Source: a virus. From it: a DNA stretch of 64,000 nt. The translations under genes and the position numbers were made by a program. Below are positions 43,314 through 52,153 of this stretch, in pieces (the first letter of the stretch is position 1; the number at the start of each line of letters is the position of its first letter). Under the pieces are notes generated by a model. That model had not been told where the DNA came from and ran no database searches. It was given only the letters and a program-made list of their open reading frames with translations. The stretch spans positions 1-64,000 of IMG/VR virus record IMGVR_UViG_3300045988_121434; one strand, 5' to 3'.

Positions 43314-43357
43314 GAGGGATAGCCGTTGCGATAACGCCTATCCCTCGTTTTTCTTTT
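43314..43357. terminator. bidirectional terminator between convergent operons
   Basis: GAGGGATAG (43314-22) pairs with CTATCCCTC (43338-46), followed by GTTTTTCTTTT. Confidence 0.75.
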
Positions 43358-43370
43358 CATTGTTCGTTGT

Positions 43371-45365
43371 TTATCTGCCGCTCGGCAGCACAAACCAACC
43401 GCCACCGACACGGAAGAACTTGCAACCTAAGTACAGCGTATCGAAGGCATCCGTGAAGTCGGTACGTTGCTGCAGGGGCAGCGTGTCCTCGCTTTCGGGC
43501 TTCTTCTCCTGACTCTTGTCTTTGTGGAATCCCTTGTACGAAATCTGCACCTCACAGAGCTGCATGGCGATGATAAGGTCGGGGTTGTTCGGCTGGTTGA
43601 TGCGGATGGCAGGGTAGGAGAGGTGAGCCAAGCCGTCGTTGATGATCTTGTGCTTTACCTCGTGCTTCTCAGGAGCGCCCATATCTATGGCCGTCACGTT
43701 CCACCCGTGCTTCTCCAACTCTTCAATCACGGTCATATAGAATCGCTCGTCTGACGAAGCGTAGGATGCTCCCTGCTTTGCCGTAGAATCATAGAAATAC
43801 GTCACGTCGCGGTTGATGGCCCGCTTGGGAGCATAATAATCCGAAAAATCGGCTATCAGTTCGCGCAGCTTTCGCTCGTTCTTCACATAAAAACTCTTGA
43901 TAACGTTCAGACATTCCATGCCGTCACGCTCATACATCTGGCCAACCACCAACGTATTAATATTGGCATTATAGTCGAGGGCTATATATAAAGGAAGGGA
44001 GTTGATGCAGTCGGAATCCTGGCGCGAGTCGTTTCGCTCGCCCAACTCCTTGAAGTCGGGTTGATAACTCTCGCTCGTGACTTTCTTTCCACCGATGATG
44101 CCCGACACCTTTTGCGTGGAAAATTTTGCAGACGATAAGGGGTCTATCTCGTCGGGGATATATCCGTGAACATGATCGATGTCGAGGTTGGAGTAAAAGC
44201 CATCGTTTGACTTCTTTACTTTGACGTTGAGAATTGAAATGGCGAAGGTCATCGGAGGCAAATCGCGGCGCATCTGCCTTATGTAATCCTCACCCAAAAT
44301 GTCCACATTGTCGAGCGATGACGCACGGCGCACACAGAAAGCCACACGGCGCAGTTCACGCAGATAGTTTTCAGAGAATTTCTTTGAGCGCTGGAACATC
44401 TGCATCTCGAAATCCTCTTCCGGCGTAATAAGGTATTCGTAATCGTAAATCAGTTCGGCATCCTCCTGCGGAATGAGTTTATAGTTGACAGCCATCTCCA
44501 CCATGCCTTTCGTGACGTGTTGGCCATGGTTGGGCATAATGCGGAACTGCCCCTCATGCTTCATCATCTTCAGAGCCACGGCACGGATCATCGTGCGCAA
44601 CTCCTTCGGTACCACACGCACCGAGTGACTGTTTTTCTTGGCGTTATACAGCAGGTCGTTGTAGCGTATCACCTTGTTGGCGTAATCTTCCAACTGCTCC
44701 TGCACCCATCGGTAGGTCTTGCCTTTGAATGGACCCGTCTCCACCGTCATGTCCAGTTTCTCCTCCTCCTTCTCCAACCACGAACCTTTGGCAGTGAGCG
44801 AGGCATCCGAGAGGAAGCGTGTACTTTTGTACATTGGGTTGTGGTCGGAGAAGTTGATGTCGCCCAAGGGGTGCGTCTGTCCTGAAAGCGCCGGCATCAA
44901 CTCGTCGGTCACTTTCTTGTAAGGAAAGAATCTCGCCTCGTCGCCCACCATGGCCGAGAAGGTGTAAGAGTTGGCAGAGGCGGTCTGCGAGAGGGAGATA
45001 AGCACCCATCCCGCACCATTCGCCAACCAGATGTAGTTGTCGTAGTTCTTGGGTTTGAAGATACTCTCGCGAGCGTGCTTCGGTGGTCGTCCCCAACCGA
45101 AGTGAATGCCCTGCGTAAAGCCGAACATTCGCTCCATGGCCGCCATCGTACTCGGTATGGTCTTGCCGAAGCCCTGCTGGCGCGACACTGCCACCCATGC
45201 GCCGAGCATACCAGGCATGGAGTTGCTTGCCGTCCATACGTAAGGAGCCACCAATCCGTCGGTCTTACCCACACGGCGGGCAGCAATCACTCGCTCATCC
45301 TTGGCTCCCATGTATAGCGACTGCTGCTGGAATTTAGTTAAGTAAATGTTATGTGCTTGCTGCAT
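43371..45365 (-). CDS. terL: terminase large subunit
   Basis: 664 aa; Walker A-like VIAARRVGKTDG, Walker B-like MVGDEARFF; size and layout typical of TerL. Confidence 0.8.
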   Translation of the reverse strand: MQQAHNIYLTKFQQQSLYMGAKDERVIAARRVGKTDGLVAPYVWTASNSMPGMLGAWVAVSRQQGFGKTIPSTMAAMERMFGFTQGIHFGWGRPPKHARESIFKPKNYDNYIWLANGAGWVLISLSQTASANSYTFSAMVGDEARFFPYKKVTDELMPALSGQTHPLGDINFSDHNPMYKSTRFLSDASLTAKGSWLEKEEEKLDMTVETGPFKGKTYRWVQEQLEDYANKVIRYNDLLYNAKKNSHSVRVVPKELRTMIRAVALKMMKHEGQFRIMPNHGQHVTKGMVEMAVNYKLIPQEDAELIYDYEYLITPEEDFEMQMFQRSKKFSENYLRELRRVAFCVRRASSLDNVDILGEDYIRQMRRDLPPMTFAISILNVKVKKSNDGFYSNLDIDHVHGYIPDEIDPLSSAKFSTQKVSGIIGGKKVTSESYQPDFKELGERNDSRQDSDCINSLPLYIALDYNANINTLVVGQMYERDGMECLNVIKSFYVKNERKLRELIADFSDYYAPKRAINRDVTYFYDSTAKQGASYASSDERFYMTVIEELEKHGWNVTAIDMGAPEKHEVKHKIINDGLAHLSYPAIRINQPNNPDLIIAMQLCEVQISYKGFHKDKSQEKKPESEDTLPLQQRTDFTDAFDTLYLGCKFFRVGGGWFVLPSGR

Positions 45366-45395
45366 TGTTGTTATCCTGATTTTGTGTTGTGTTCC

Positions 45396-45626
45396 TTATT
45401 CGCTGTGCGTCTTATGTCCTACATGCCATTTCTGGCACGTTCTGCACCGGTACACTGTCATGCCCTGCGCCAGTAGCTTCGGGTTCTGGTTGAGATATTC
45501 CCAAGCATCATCCTCGGTCTCGTAGGCCTCCTTCGCCTTCCACGAGTGCTGCTTGCGTGTGTAATGTTCGGGGTCCGGCTTGAACGGCGGCACCTTGTTG
45601 AAGTATTTGTGTCGGTTGTTACTCAT
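45396..45626 (-). CDS. small Zn-ribbon-like protein
   Basis: 76 aa, ..VYRCRTCQKWHVGH.. Confidence 0.5.
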   Translation of the reverse strand: MSNNRHKYFNKVPPFKPDPEHYTRKQHSWKAKEAYETEDDAWEYLNQNPKLLAQGMTVYRCRTCQKWHVGHKTHSE

Positions 45627-45649
45627 GTGTTGTTTTTGTGTTGATTATA

Positions 45650-46423
45650 TTAAAATAGAGAGAGTTGTGCCTGCTCCAACTTGATGCGCTTGCAAGCCTT
45701 GTTGTAATACTCCTTATTGAGCTCGAAGCCGATGAAATTGCGTTTCTCTTTTATACAAGCAATGGCAGTGGTGCCGCTGCCCATGCAGTTGTCTAATATG
45801 GTGTCACCCTCGTTGGAATAGGTACGGATGAGGTACTGAATAAGAGCGACTGGCTTTTGTGTGGGGTGGAAGGTGTCGGCTGAATGTTCCTTATCGAAGC
45901 AGATAATGCTCTTTGGAAATTTTTCGTCTGATACGATAGTAGGCACTTCTTTATGGTCGCCGTAACACCCCCGCTTCAAACTATGAGAACCATCACCCTT
46001 GTGATGGTTTCGTTTATGTGGCGCACATTTTACCATCTGAGGGTTGTAGATAGGTTGCTTCCGATAGAATACTGCAATATCCTCATGCGAGCGCAGAGGC
46101 ATCTTGTTGACATTCAAAAAGCCCGTTGCTCTGTTTTTGCTCCAAATAAGATTATATTTCCAAAGTTTCGGCTGCGACACCATAAGTTGTGCAGTGAACA
46201 TACCTTGACAGAAAAGAATAATCGCTGCATTGTTTTTTGCTATGCGTAGATATTCTTTCCATAATGACTCAAGCGGAATAATGCTATCCCATTTCCCTCC
46301 TTCACTCTGTTTGTTGAGAACACCATACGGCAAATCGCACACGATGCAATCCACGCTCCCGTCTGGAATCCTTTTCATCCCTTCCAGACAGTCTTCGTTA
46401 TATATCTTATTCAGTTCTACCAT
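45650..46423 (-). CDS. beta-class N4/N6 DNA methyltransferase (N6_N4_Mtase type)
   Basis: Motif IV CDLPYG precedes the SAM motif HPTQKPVALIQYLI..DTILDNCMGSGTTAIAC. Confidence 0.85.
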   Translation of the reverse strand: MVELNKIYNEDCLEGMKRIPDGSVDCIVCDLPYGVLNKQSEGGKWDSIIPLESLWKEYLRIAKNNAAIILFCQGMFTAQLMVSQPKLWKYNLIWSKNRATGFLNVNKMPLRSHEDIAVFYRKQPIYNPQMVKCAPHKRNHHKGDGSHSLKRGCYGDHKEVPTIVSDEKFPKSIICFDKEHSADTFHPTQKPVALIQYLIRTYSNEGDTILDNCMGSGTTAIACIKEKRNFIGFELNKEYYNKACKRIKLEQAQLSLF

Positions 46424-46445
46424 GCTTTGTTATTTTGTAAATCTA

Positions 46446-47054
46446 TCAGTTAAACCATTTTATAGCTGTTTCGCCCTTATACCCTTTCTTCCATACGAAC
46501 CATGCGTATGCCGCTGCGCTGCCAACAATAGCATTGAAATCTCCGTTGGGAGCACATTTCAGTCGTGACGAACTTACCCAAACACGAATGGGGGGAGTAG
46601 AACGGAAGAGAGCGCGTCGCGCCTTGCCTTCAAGGAAAGTCAGTTTCAGGAACATCGCCACCTTCTTTCCTTCGGGAATGATGCTCAGAGCCTTCTCCAC
46701 AAACTGCTGCGCATACTTGTAGGGCGGATTGGTCACGATGTTTCCGTCCCACGCCAAGTTGTCTATTGCGAGAAAGTCGGCCACCTCGCCGTAACCTCTA
46801 TCCACAAGGTCGCGGCTCACCACCTCATACCCCGCCTTTTTCAGCACCTCGCTCATGTGCCCCTCGCCACACGAAGGTTCCAATATCCTGCCTTCAAACC
46901 GCTCCAGCTTGCACAGCCATTCCGTCGCTTTCGGCTCTGTAGCGTAATAATCCTCACGCTGCCTATCCGCATCCGTATGGTTGCTTGCGCCCAACGTCTT
47001 GAACACAGCGGCCGAACCGCCTACCCAGTCCTTTCTTTTTATGTTGTTATTCAT
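46446..47054 (-). CDS. N6-adenine DNA methyltransferase (NPPY)
   Basis: ILEPSCGEGHM (motif I) and IVTNPPYKY (motif IV). Confidence 0.75.
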   Translation of the reverse strand: MNNNIKRKDWVGGSAAVFKTLGASNHTDADRQREDYYATEPKATEWLCKLERFEGRILEPSCGEGHMSEVLKKAGYEVVSRDLVDRGYGEVADFLAIDNLAWDGNIVTNPPYKYAQQFVEKALSIIPEGKKVAMFLKLTFLEGKARRALFRSTPPIRVWVSSSRLKCAPNGDFNAIVGSAAAYAWFVWKKGYKGETAIKWFN

Positions 47055-47095
47055 GTTGTGTAGAGTTTTTGTTGCTTATAATGAAAGTTCCAGTC

Positions 47096-47377
47096 TTAGA
47101 AGAATTTTGCGGGCTGACATTCATCGATTAACTTGCGTGTTTCTTCAGCACAAGCAGCCACGCATTTTTCTACTGCTTCTGTGATGTCTTTGATTTGATC
47201 CTCACGCATATTGTTGTATTTATCACAAGTGTCCTCTATTATTTGGTAGAGAGTCTGTTTTTGTAAAGCCTCCATATAGTCCACATACTCCTTGCACGTC
47301 TTGCGCCCTGGCTCCTTTACCCAATCGATGAAGTCCTTCTTCCTGTCCTTCCATGTCTTGATTTTTATTGTTATCAT
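47096..47377 (-). CDS. hypothetical protein
   Basis: 93-aa ORF in the minus-strand operon. Confidence 0.5.
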   Translation of the reverse strand: MITIKIKTWKDRKKDFIDWVKEPGRKTCKEYVDYMEALQKQTLYQIIEDTCDKYNNMREDQIKDITEAVEKCVAACAEETRKLIDECQPAKFF

Positions 47378-47383
47378 TGTCGC

Positions 47384-47803
47384 TTACATTTTGAATTGTT
47401 TTTTCAAGAAAGTGTTGCTTTTAATAAGCTCTATCATTTCCTCCTCGGAGTGTATTCCTTCCCAAAATACTTCAGTATGCGACCCACGCCTTTCATCATC
47501 TACGGAGAACGGCACGGCATAGTTGGTATATACAACACCGTGATGTTTTATCAAGTGACGACCTGGATTCTTGTAGATGTTATTGATCCACGTCTCGTTG
47601 TCACATTCAGTCCATATTTTACATTCTTTGTGGGTAAGATTTTTGTCGATACCCATAGGATAGTGACCTGCCTTGCCGTTACTTTTGTTCCGAAATAAAT
47701 GATCTTTGCCATATCGTGATTGTTTTATAATTCGCCAAAGTCCAGTTTCATCTGTTGGAATTTCTCGGCATACCATTGTTTGTATGATTTGCCCGAAATC
47801 CAC
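47384..47803 (-). CDS. hypothetical protein (start uncertain)
   Basis: 139-aa ORF; overlaps the 3' end of the upstream gene by 79 nt. Confidence 0.45.
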   Translation of the reverse strand: MDFGQIIQTMVCREIPTDETGLWRIIKQSRYGKDHLFRNKSNGKAGHYPMGIDKNLTHKECKIWTECDNETWINNIYKNPGRHLIKHHGVVYTNYAVPFSVDDERRGSHTEVFWEGIHSEEEMIELIKSNTFLKKQFKM

Positions 47804-48882
47804 CAGTCGTAGATATTTTCCGCTATTTCGTTTTCTTGCTCCTCCGTCAAGCGGTCAGAAGAGGAGCTGGACGAAAACCCTGGGGCTGCGATATTCCGTA
47901 CACCTCTGTTTTGTCTCCAATGTTCCGGGTCTGGATGTTTGATGTAGCCGCCTGTGTCCTGAGCAATCCTCTGACGTTTCTGAGAGGCATCCAGTCCTTG
48001 CGGATGTTCCACCAAATATATTCTCTTTTGAATACCCCCCCCGTTTCGGATAGCCTTAATAGCCTTTATCCAGTTGCGCTTGATATGCGGATAGCGTTCA
48101 TTCTCGATGCGTTTCTGCTTTGCAGACGACATAGGGCAGCCGATGCAGCCGATGCGATGCCATCCCTCGTCGTAGAGCGAGCAATGCGGAACCTTCACCA
48201 CATCGTTAAGAAACTCCCATACGTCCTTTTCCGTCCAATAAATGATGGGTGAAATAAGCAGACTCTCTTTGCCGTGGATGCAGCTTAATGTCTGTTCTTC
48301 ATCAGCATTAGTGATATTCACGCCTTGCTCCTTGGATTTACGGCGAGCACGTTTAGCCTTCAGCTCCTGACGATATTCGTCCAGACCGTCAAGATTGCCA
48401 CTAAACTTTCGGTTATTTATTTCTACCTCATTTCGTTTGGCTCGGCGTGCGCTCTCTGCCTTGCGGATGCCGATTAGCGTTACCTTGCCAGCACCTGCCG
48501 TTTCCTTATATTCAGCGCAACACCAGCGCACACGCATAGTGGGCAGAATCTGCTTTTCTACGGCAATCTGAAAGATAGATTTGCCAGGCTTTAGCAGTTC
48601 CACCTCGGGATAGTTCTTCTTAACGAAACGTATCACTTCGGGTGGATCAACGCTCGTAAGATTCATGTGACCGCGAAATTTCACCCCCGCCAACTGAGTC
48701 ATGTGGAAAAGAGCTTGAGAATCCTTTCCACCACTAAACGCCAAGTAATATCCATTCTCGGCATCATAGTTGAGGGCTATCTTCTCTGCTTTTTGCAGCA
48801 GCTCCACCGAGTGAAGCATCTTTTTTCGCAGTCCTTCCGAAGCTCGCTCCAATGCTTCGGCAAGCGTAATGTCTATATTCAT
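47725..48882 (-). CDS. PAPS-reductase-fold PP-loop protein (DndC/IbrA-like)
   Basis: YYLAFSGGKDSQALFHM (SGGKDS PP-loop) and Cys cluster IGCIGCPMSS; G8 tract (C8 on plus strand, 48035-42) is in frame. Confidence 0.75.
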   Translation of the reverse strand: MNIDITLAEALERASEGLRKKMLHSVELLQKAEKIALNYDAENGYYLAFSGGKDSQALFHMTQLAGVKFRGHMNLTSVDPPEVIRFVKKNYPEVELLKPGKSIFQIAVEKQILPTMRVRWCCAEYKETAGAGKVTLIGIRKAESARRAKRNEVEINNRKFSGNLDGLDEYRQELKAKRARRKSKEQGVNITNADEEQTLSCIHGKESLLISPIIYWTEKDVWEFLNDVVKVPHCSLYDEGWHRIGCIGCPMSSAKQKRIENERYPHIKRNWIKAIKAIRNGGGIQKRIYLVEHPQGLDASQKRQRIAQDTGGYIKHPDPEHWRQNRGVRNIAAPGFSSSSSSDRLTEEQENEIAENIYDWWISGKSYKQWYAEKFQQMKLDFGEL

Positions 48883-48909
48883 GTCTATTCTTAAAAATAT
48901 TGTTGTTAT

Positions 48910-49929
48910 TTATATTCCGTACTTCTTCAGATACCCCTCACACTTGAATCCCTTTCTTGGCATGAAGTCCTTGAAGTCGGTGGTGCAGAATATCATTCGC
49001 TTGTTGCACCATCGGGCCATATCCTTTTGCCATTCGGGGATGACGTGATTTGGATTTGTAGGGTTGCGGTATGGTTGTGCGTAGGCATACACGGCTCTGC
49101 CTTCATGGTTCTTGCGGAAGCGTTGCAGTCGCTCCCACCAGTAGTGTAGACGGTGGTAACATTCTCGGAAGTCGTTCTTTCCGCCTATCATGGTATAGAG
49201 AAAGTATTCGCCACGGAATCCTGCATCATTGATTAGCTTCATGGCTCGTTCACATTCCGCTATCTGTGCCGTGGTGTCGCAACCGAAGCGGATGCGAGAG
49301 TCTATCCATTTCACTTTGCCTAACAGCTCGGCATATTCGGGAGTAACAAGCCGTGCGTCCATCGCCTGATTGAAGTCGATATGCAGACCGAGGTCGATTA
49401 TCTTCTGAAACTGCTTCTTGGCATAGTCGCCCGCCGCAAGAATGTTGTTGTCCATCAGCACAACGTGCGTTTTGCCCTCGATGGCTATCTCCTCTATATC
49501 CATGTACGGGCGGATGAACCCTTCCTTCTTTGGCACCACACACCAGAAACACTTGTTGGGACAGCCCTCGGTCAGTTTGCCGTAAGCATGGTTCTTTGGC
49601 ACCCATGGGAACAACTCGTATAGCGGTTGCAGTCGGTCTATTTCGTCGGGAAGACGCTTATAGATGTCGTAGCCAGTGCCACCCTTCTCCAGTCGGTCGT
49701 ATGAGAACTGGCGAAAGTCGATGTCTGGCGAAAAGTTAAAAACCTTGCTGGCATACAGTATGTCGTAATGAGCATGACAGAAAAGGTCGATAGGTTGCGC
49801 CCATTCCACTTCATCGCCTTGCATCGTGTGTCAACGGGCAATCTTGCCGAGAGCCACGTTAGGGTATATCGTAGCTCCCCATTTCTTTTTGCCGTGTCGT
49901 CCGTCCACGTCTATGAGTCCTATTTTCAT
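48910..49929 (-). CDS. radical SAM protein interrupted by an in-frame TGA
   Basis: CPNKCFWC (CxxxCxxC) in the track ORF 48910-49824. Upstream, in the same frame, MKIGLIDVDGRHGKKKWGATIYPNVALGKIAR-TGA(49831-33)-HT-MQGDEVEW. Confidence 0.65.
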
Positions 49930-49951
49930 CTCTATTCTGTTTTGTTTTCAC

Positions 49952-50758
49952 TCATTCCGCATCATCCGTCTTTTCCGAATCCGTCAATTCGCTTTCTTTC
50001 ATGTACCCGTGTCTAATCACATCCTTATCGTCCTTCTGCTCCATGTACTCGAAGTAGTCCGGCTCAGTGTCTTTGCCTACAGCCTGCAGGGATTCCTCTT
50101 CGGCTATATCCCGCATATCCTTTGCCGTAAGACCATACTTGCGGGCCAGACGCAGCTTCTCCTCCTCGGTGTAGTTGATGCGGTCGCGCTTCACGATGCT
50201 CACATCCTGCGTGATGGCAATACGGCTCATATCCGGCATCTCATCGGTAGCGTCCTTCTCTTCCTGAAAGTTGCCATACACGTTGGCTAAGGCTTGCATA
50301 CCCTTATCCACCGCACGATCGTTGTTTTGCTGCTTGCCCGTGCGTATCAACCATTCGGCAGACGAGAGGTACATCGCCTTGTGGCGCGGACTCTCATCGG
50401 TGGTGAAAAAGCGTATCAAGTAGTTGCACACCGTCACATCGTTATTCAACTCCGTCACGGTGCGCGGCTTGATGTTTCCCTCATCATCAATGGTGATATG
50501 CAACGCAAGCACCATGTCTTGCGCCTCTTTGTTGCCCTGTGCCGCCTGATTCATAAACAGCTCGTAGTCGCGTCGAGCAATGTTGCGGCAGACGGTACGC
50601 GGATCAATGTCCTTGTTTTGAGTCCATCGTTTGTAAAACTCGGCGCATACCTGCATACGGTAGCGTTGCTCCAGCTTGGGGAAAGCCGTTTCAATGCTTG
50701 TGCCGTAGGATAGCCATTTGTTGATGCGGGCAAGTGTATTTTCGGTTATTGCTGACAT
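49952..50758 (-). CDS. hypothetical protein, first gene of the minus-strand operon (possible small terminase, unsupported)
   Basis: 268-aa ORF with an acidic C-terminus. Confidence 0.55.
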   Translation of the reverse strand: MSAITENTLARINKWLSYGTSIETAFPKLEQRYRMQVCAEFYKRWTQNKDIDPRTVCRNIARRDYELFMNQAAQGNKEAQDMVLALHITIDDEGNIKPRTVTELNNDVTVCNYLIRFFTTDESPRHKAMYLSSAEWLIRTGKQQNNDRAVDKGMQALANVYGNFQEEKDATDEMPDMSRIAITQDVSIVKRDRINYTEEEKLRLARKYGLTAKDMRDIAEEESLQAVGKDTEPDYFEYMEQKDDKDVIRHGYMKESELTDSEKTDDAE

Positions 50759-50867
50759 AATAGTTTCTTATTTTTCTTCTCCAAAGTTACTTAATTCACA
50801 ATCCCCCATAAGGACAACCCCCGAACCCCTCACTCTTGTTTGTCCTTACTCCGCACAAGAAACACCG

Positions 50868-50875
50868 TACCTTTG
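50868..50875 (+). promoter_or_regulatory. candidate -7 box TACCTTTG for the structural operon
   Basis: Matches TAnnTTTG, 55 nt upstream of ATG 50930; the -33 TTTG spacing is not ideal. Confidence 0.4.
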
Positions 50876-50929
50876 TTGTATAATCAAAACAGGATAACAA
50901 CACAAAAACAAAACTAAGGAGGAGCAGAA

Positions 50930-51508
50930 ATGACCATAAGCAACATCCTTGAACACTGGGCAACGATATACAAGCCCCTGTCGCACAAACCCGAAAGTGG
51001 ACGATTGGAAGATCAGTCGTTTTTCCGCATACGCTATATCGACCTCGAAAACATTTTTTCGCGTAATGCAAATGTTATCCATTCGCCTTGTATGCTGCAA
51101 AGCGTTACCACCACGGGCGAACTCCGCGACGCAAAGAAAGTGGAGGTGTCGCACCAGGTGTGGATGCTATCCAAGGTGAAAGACTCGGCACAGACGCTTG
51201 GCCGTTTCGACGGATTGAAGTTGGAACAGGCGGCCAACGATCTTGTGGAGTATTGCGAGGATTTGGTGTCGTGGTTGCTGGAGGTGAAGCGCACGGGAAA
51301 GTGTCCCAGAACCAACCGATCGTTTGCCGACGACGCGCAACTGCTTGCCGAACTGAAGGCGATTGACGCAGACAGCATTAGTTATGGCGTGGTGCCCGAC
51401 CTCTATTCGGGGCAGTGGCTTATCGCCGGCGTTGACTGGCGCAGCACCAAGCCGCTCTATCGCTTTGGTTGTAACGGCAACGGCAAATACATCACGTCTA
51501 CGGAATAA
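50930..51508 (+). CDS. hypothetical structural-module protein
   Basis: 192-aa ORF upstream of the tape measure gene. Confidence 0.55.
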   Translation: MTISNILEHWATIYKPLSHKPESGRLEDQSFFRIRYIDLENIFSRNANVIHSPCMLQSVTTTGELRDAKKVEVSHQVWMLSKVKDSAQTLGRFDGLKLEQAANDLVEYCEDLVSWLLEVKRTGKCPRTNRSFADDAQLLAELKAIDADSISYGVVPDLYSGQWLIAGVDWRSTKPLYRFGCNGNGKYITSTE

Positions 51509-51601
51509 GCGACATAATTGTATCACGACAACGCTACGCCCTATCCTTTATATATATAAGCGAGGGTAGGGCGGTTGTCTTTCATGTAAGGAGAAAGGTA
51601 T

Positions 51602-52129
51602 ATGGGTAAGCCTATCAAAAATCCGATGTTCCCTTTTAGTAGGGTAGCGGCACGTTTCTTCCAACAGACCATCAATCAGTTGGAGGTGAACACCATGACA
51701 CAGTGCATCTATCCCAAGGAGGTGTATAATGGCTATGCCGTGGTGAATCAGAAGCGCAAGGAAATGGGAATGTGGCACTCCACGGGCGAAGGTGTGAAGT
51801 CGTTTGCTGGAAAGATTATTGAAGCCGGAGAAAGCGGCAAGGTAACAATGGCTTTCAACTTCAACGAGTATATGCGATTTGCTGAAATGGGTGTCGGTAT
51901 GGGTACGAAATATGAGGATGTGCAGAACACGAAGAAGGCTCGCTTTCAGTCGCGCTATATCAGCAAGTGGAACAGAAAGGAGGGAAGGTCGCATCGCCCG
52001 GCCATCATGATGGAACTTCGACACCTGCAACAGCGCATAGCCAACTATCTTGTGGCCTTCTATGGCTACGAGGGTCAGGTGCGCATGATCAATACCTTTG
52101 AGGAGTGCAGTCCTATCAAAATCATTTAA
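51602..52129 (+). CDS. hypothetical protein (position of a tail assembly chaperone)
   Basis: 175-aa ORF immediately upstream of the tape measure gene; assigned by position only. Confidence 0.5.
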   Translation: MGKPIKNPMFPFSRVAARFFQQTINQLEVNTMTQCIYPKEVYNGYAVVNQKRKEMGMWHSTGEGVKSFAGKIIEAGESGKVTMAFNFNEYMRFAEMGVGMGTKYEDVQNTKKARFQSRYISKWNRKEGRSHRPAIMMELRHLQQRIANYLVAFYGYEGQVRMINTFEECSPIKII

Positions 52130-52153
52130 CACGAAAACAACACAAATACGAAT

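Noticed and set aside
49831-49833. Genome-wide TGA reassignment (code 4-like), as reported for some gut phages
   Set aside because: TGA terminates well-supported genes at the expected lengths (parA at 12365-67, the RHH gene at 12823-25, the C5-MTase core at 38198-200). I saw only this one in-frame TGA.
47725-49929. A 7-deazaguanine (QueC/QueE-type) DNA modification pathway
   Set aside because: The PP-loop protein is PAPS-reductase-like rather than QueC-like, and no DpdA/Tgt, FolE or QueD homolog is visible in the window.
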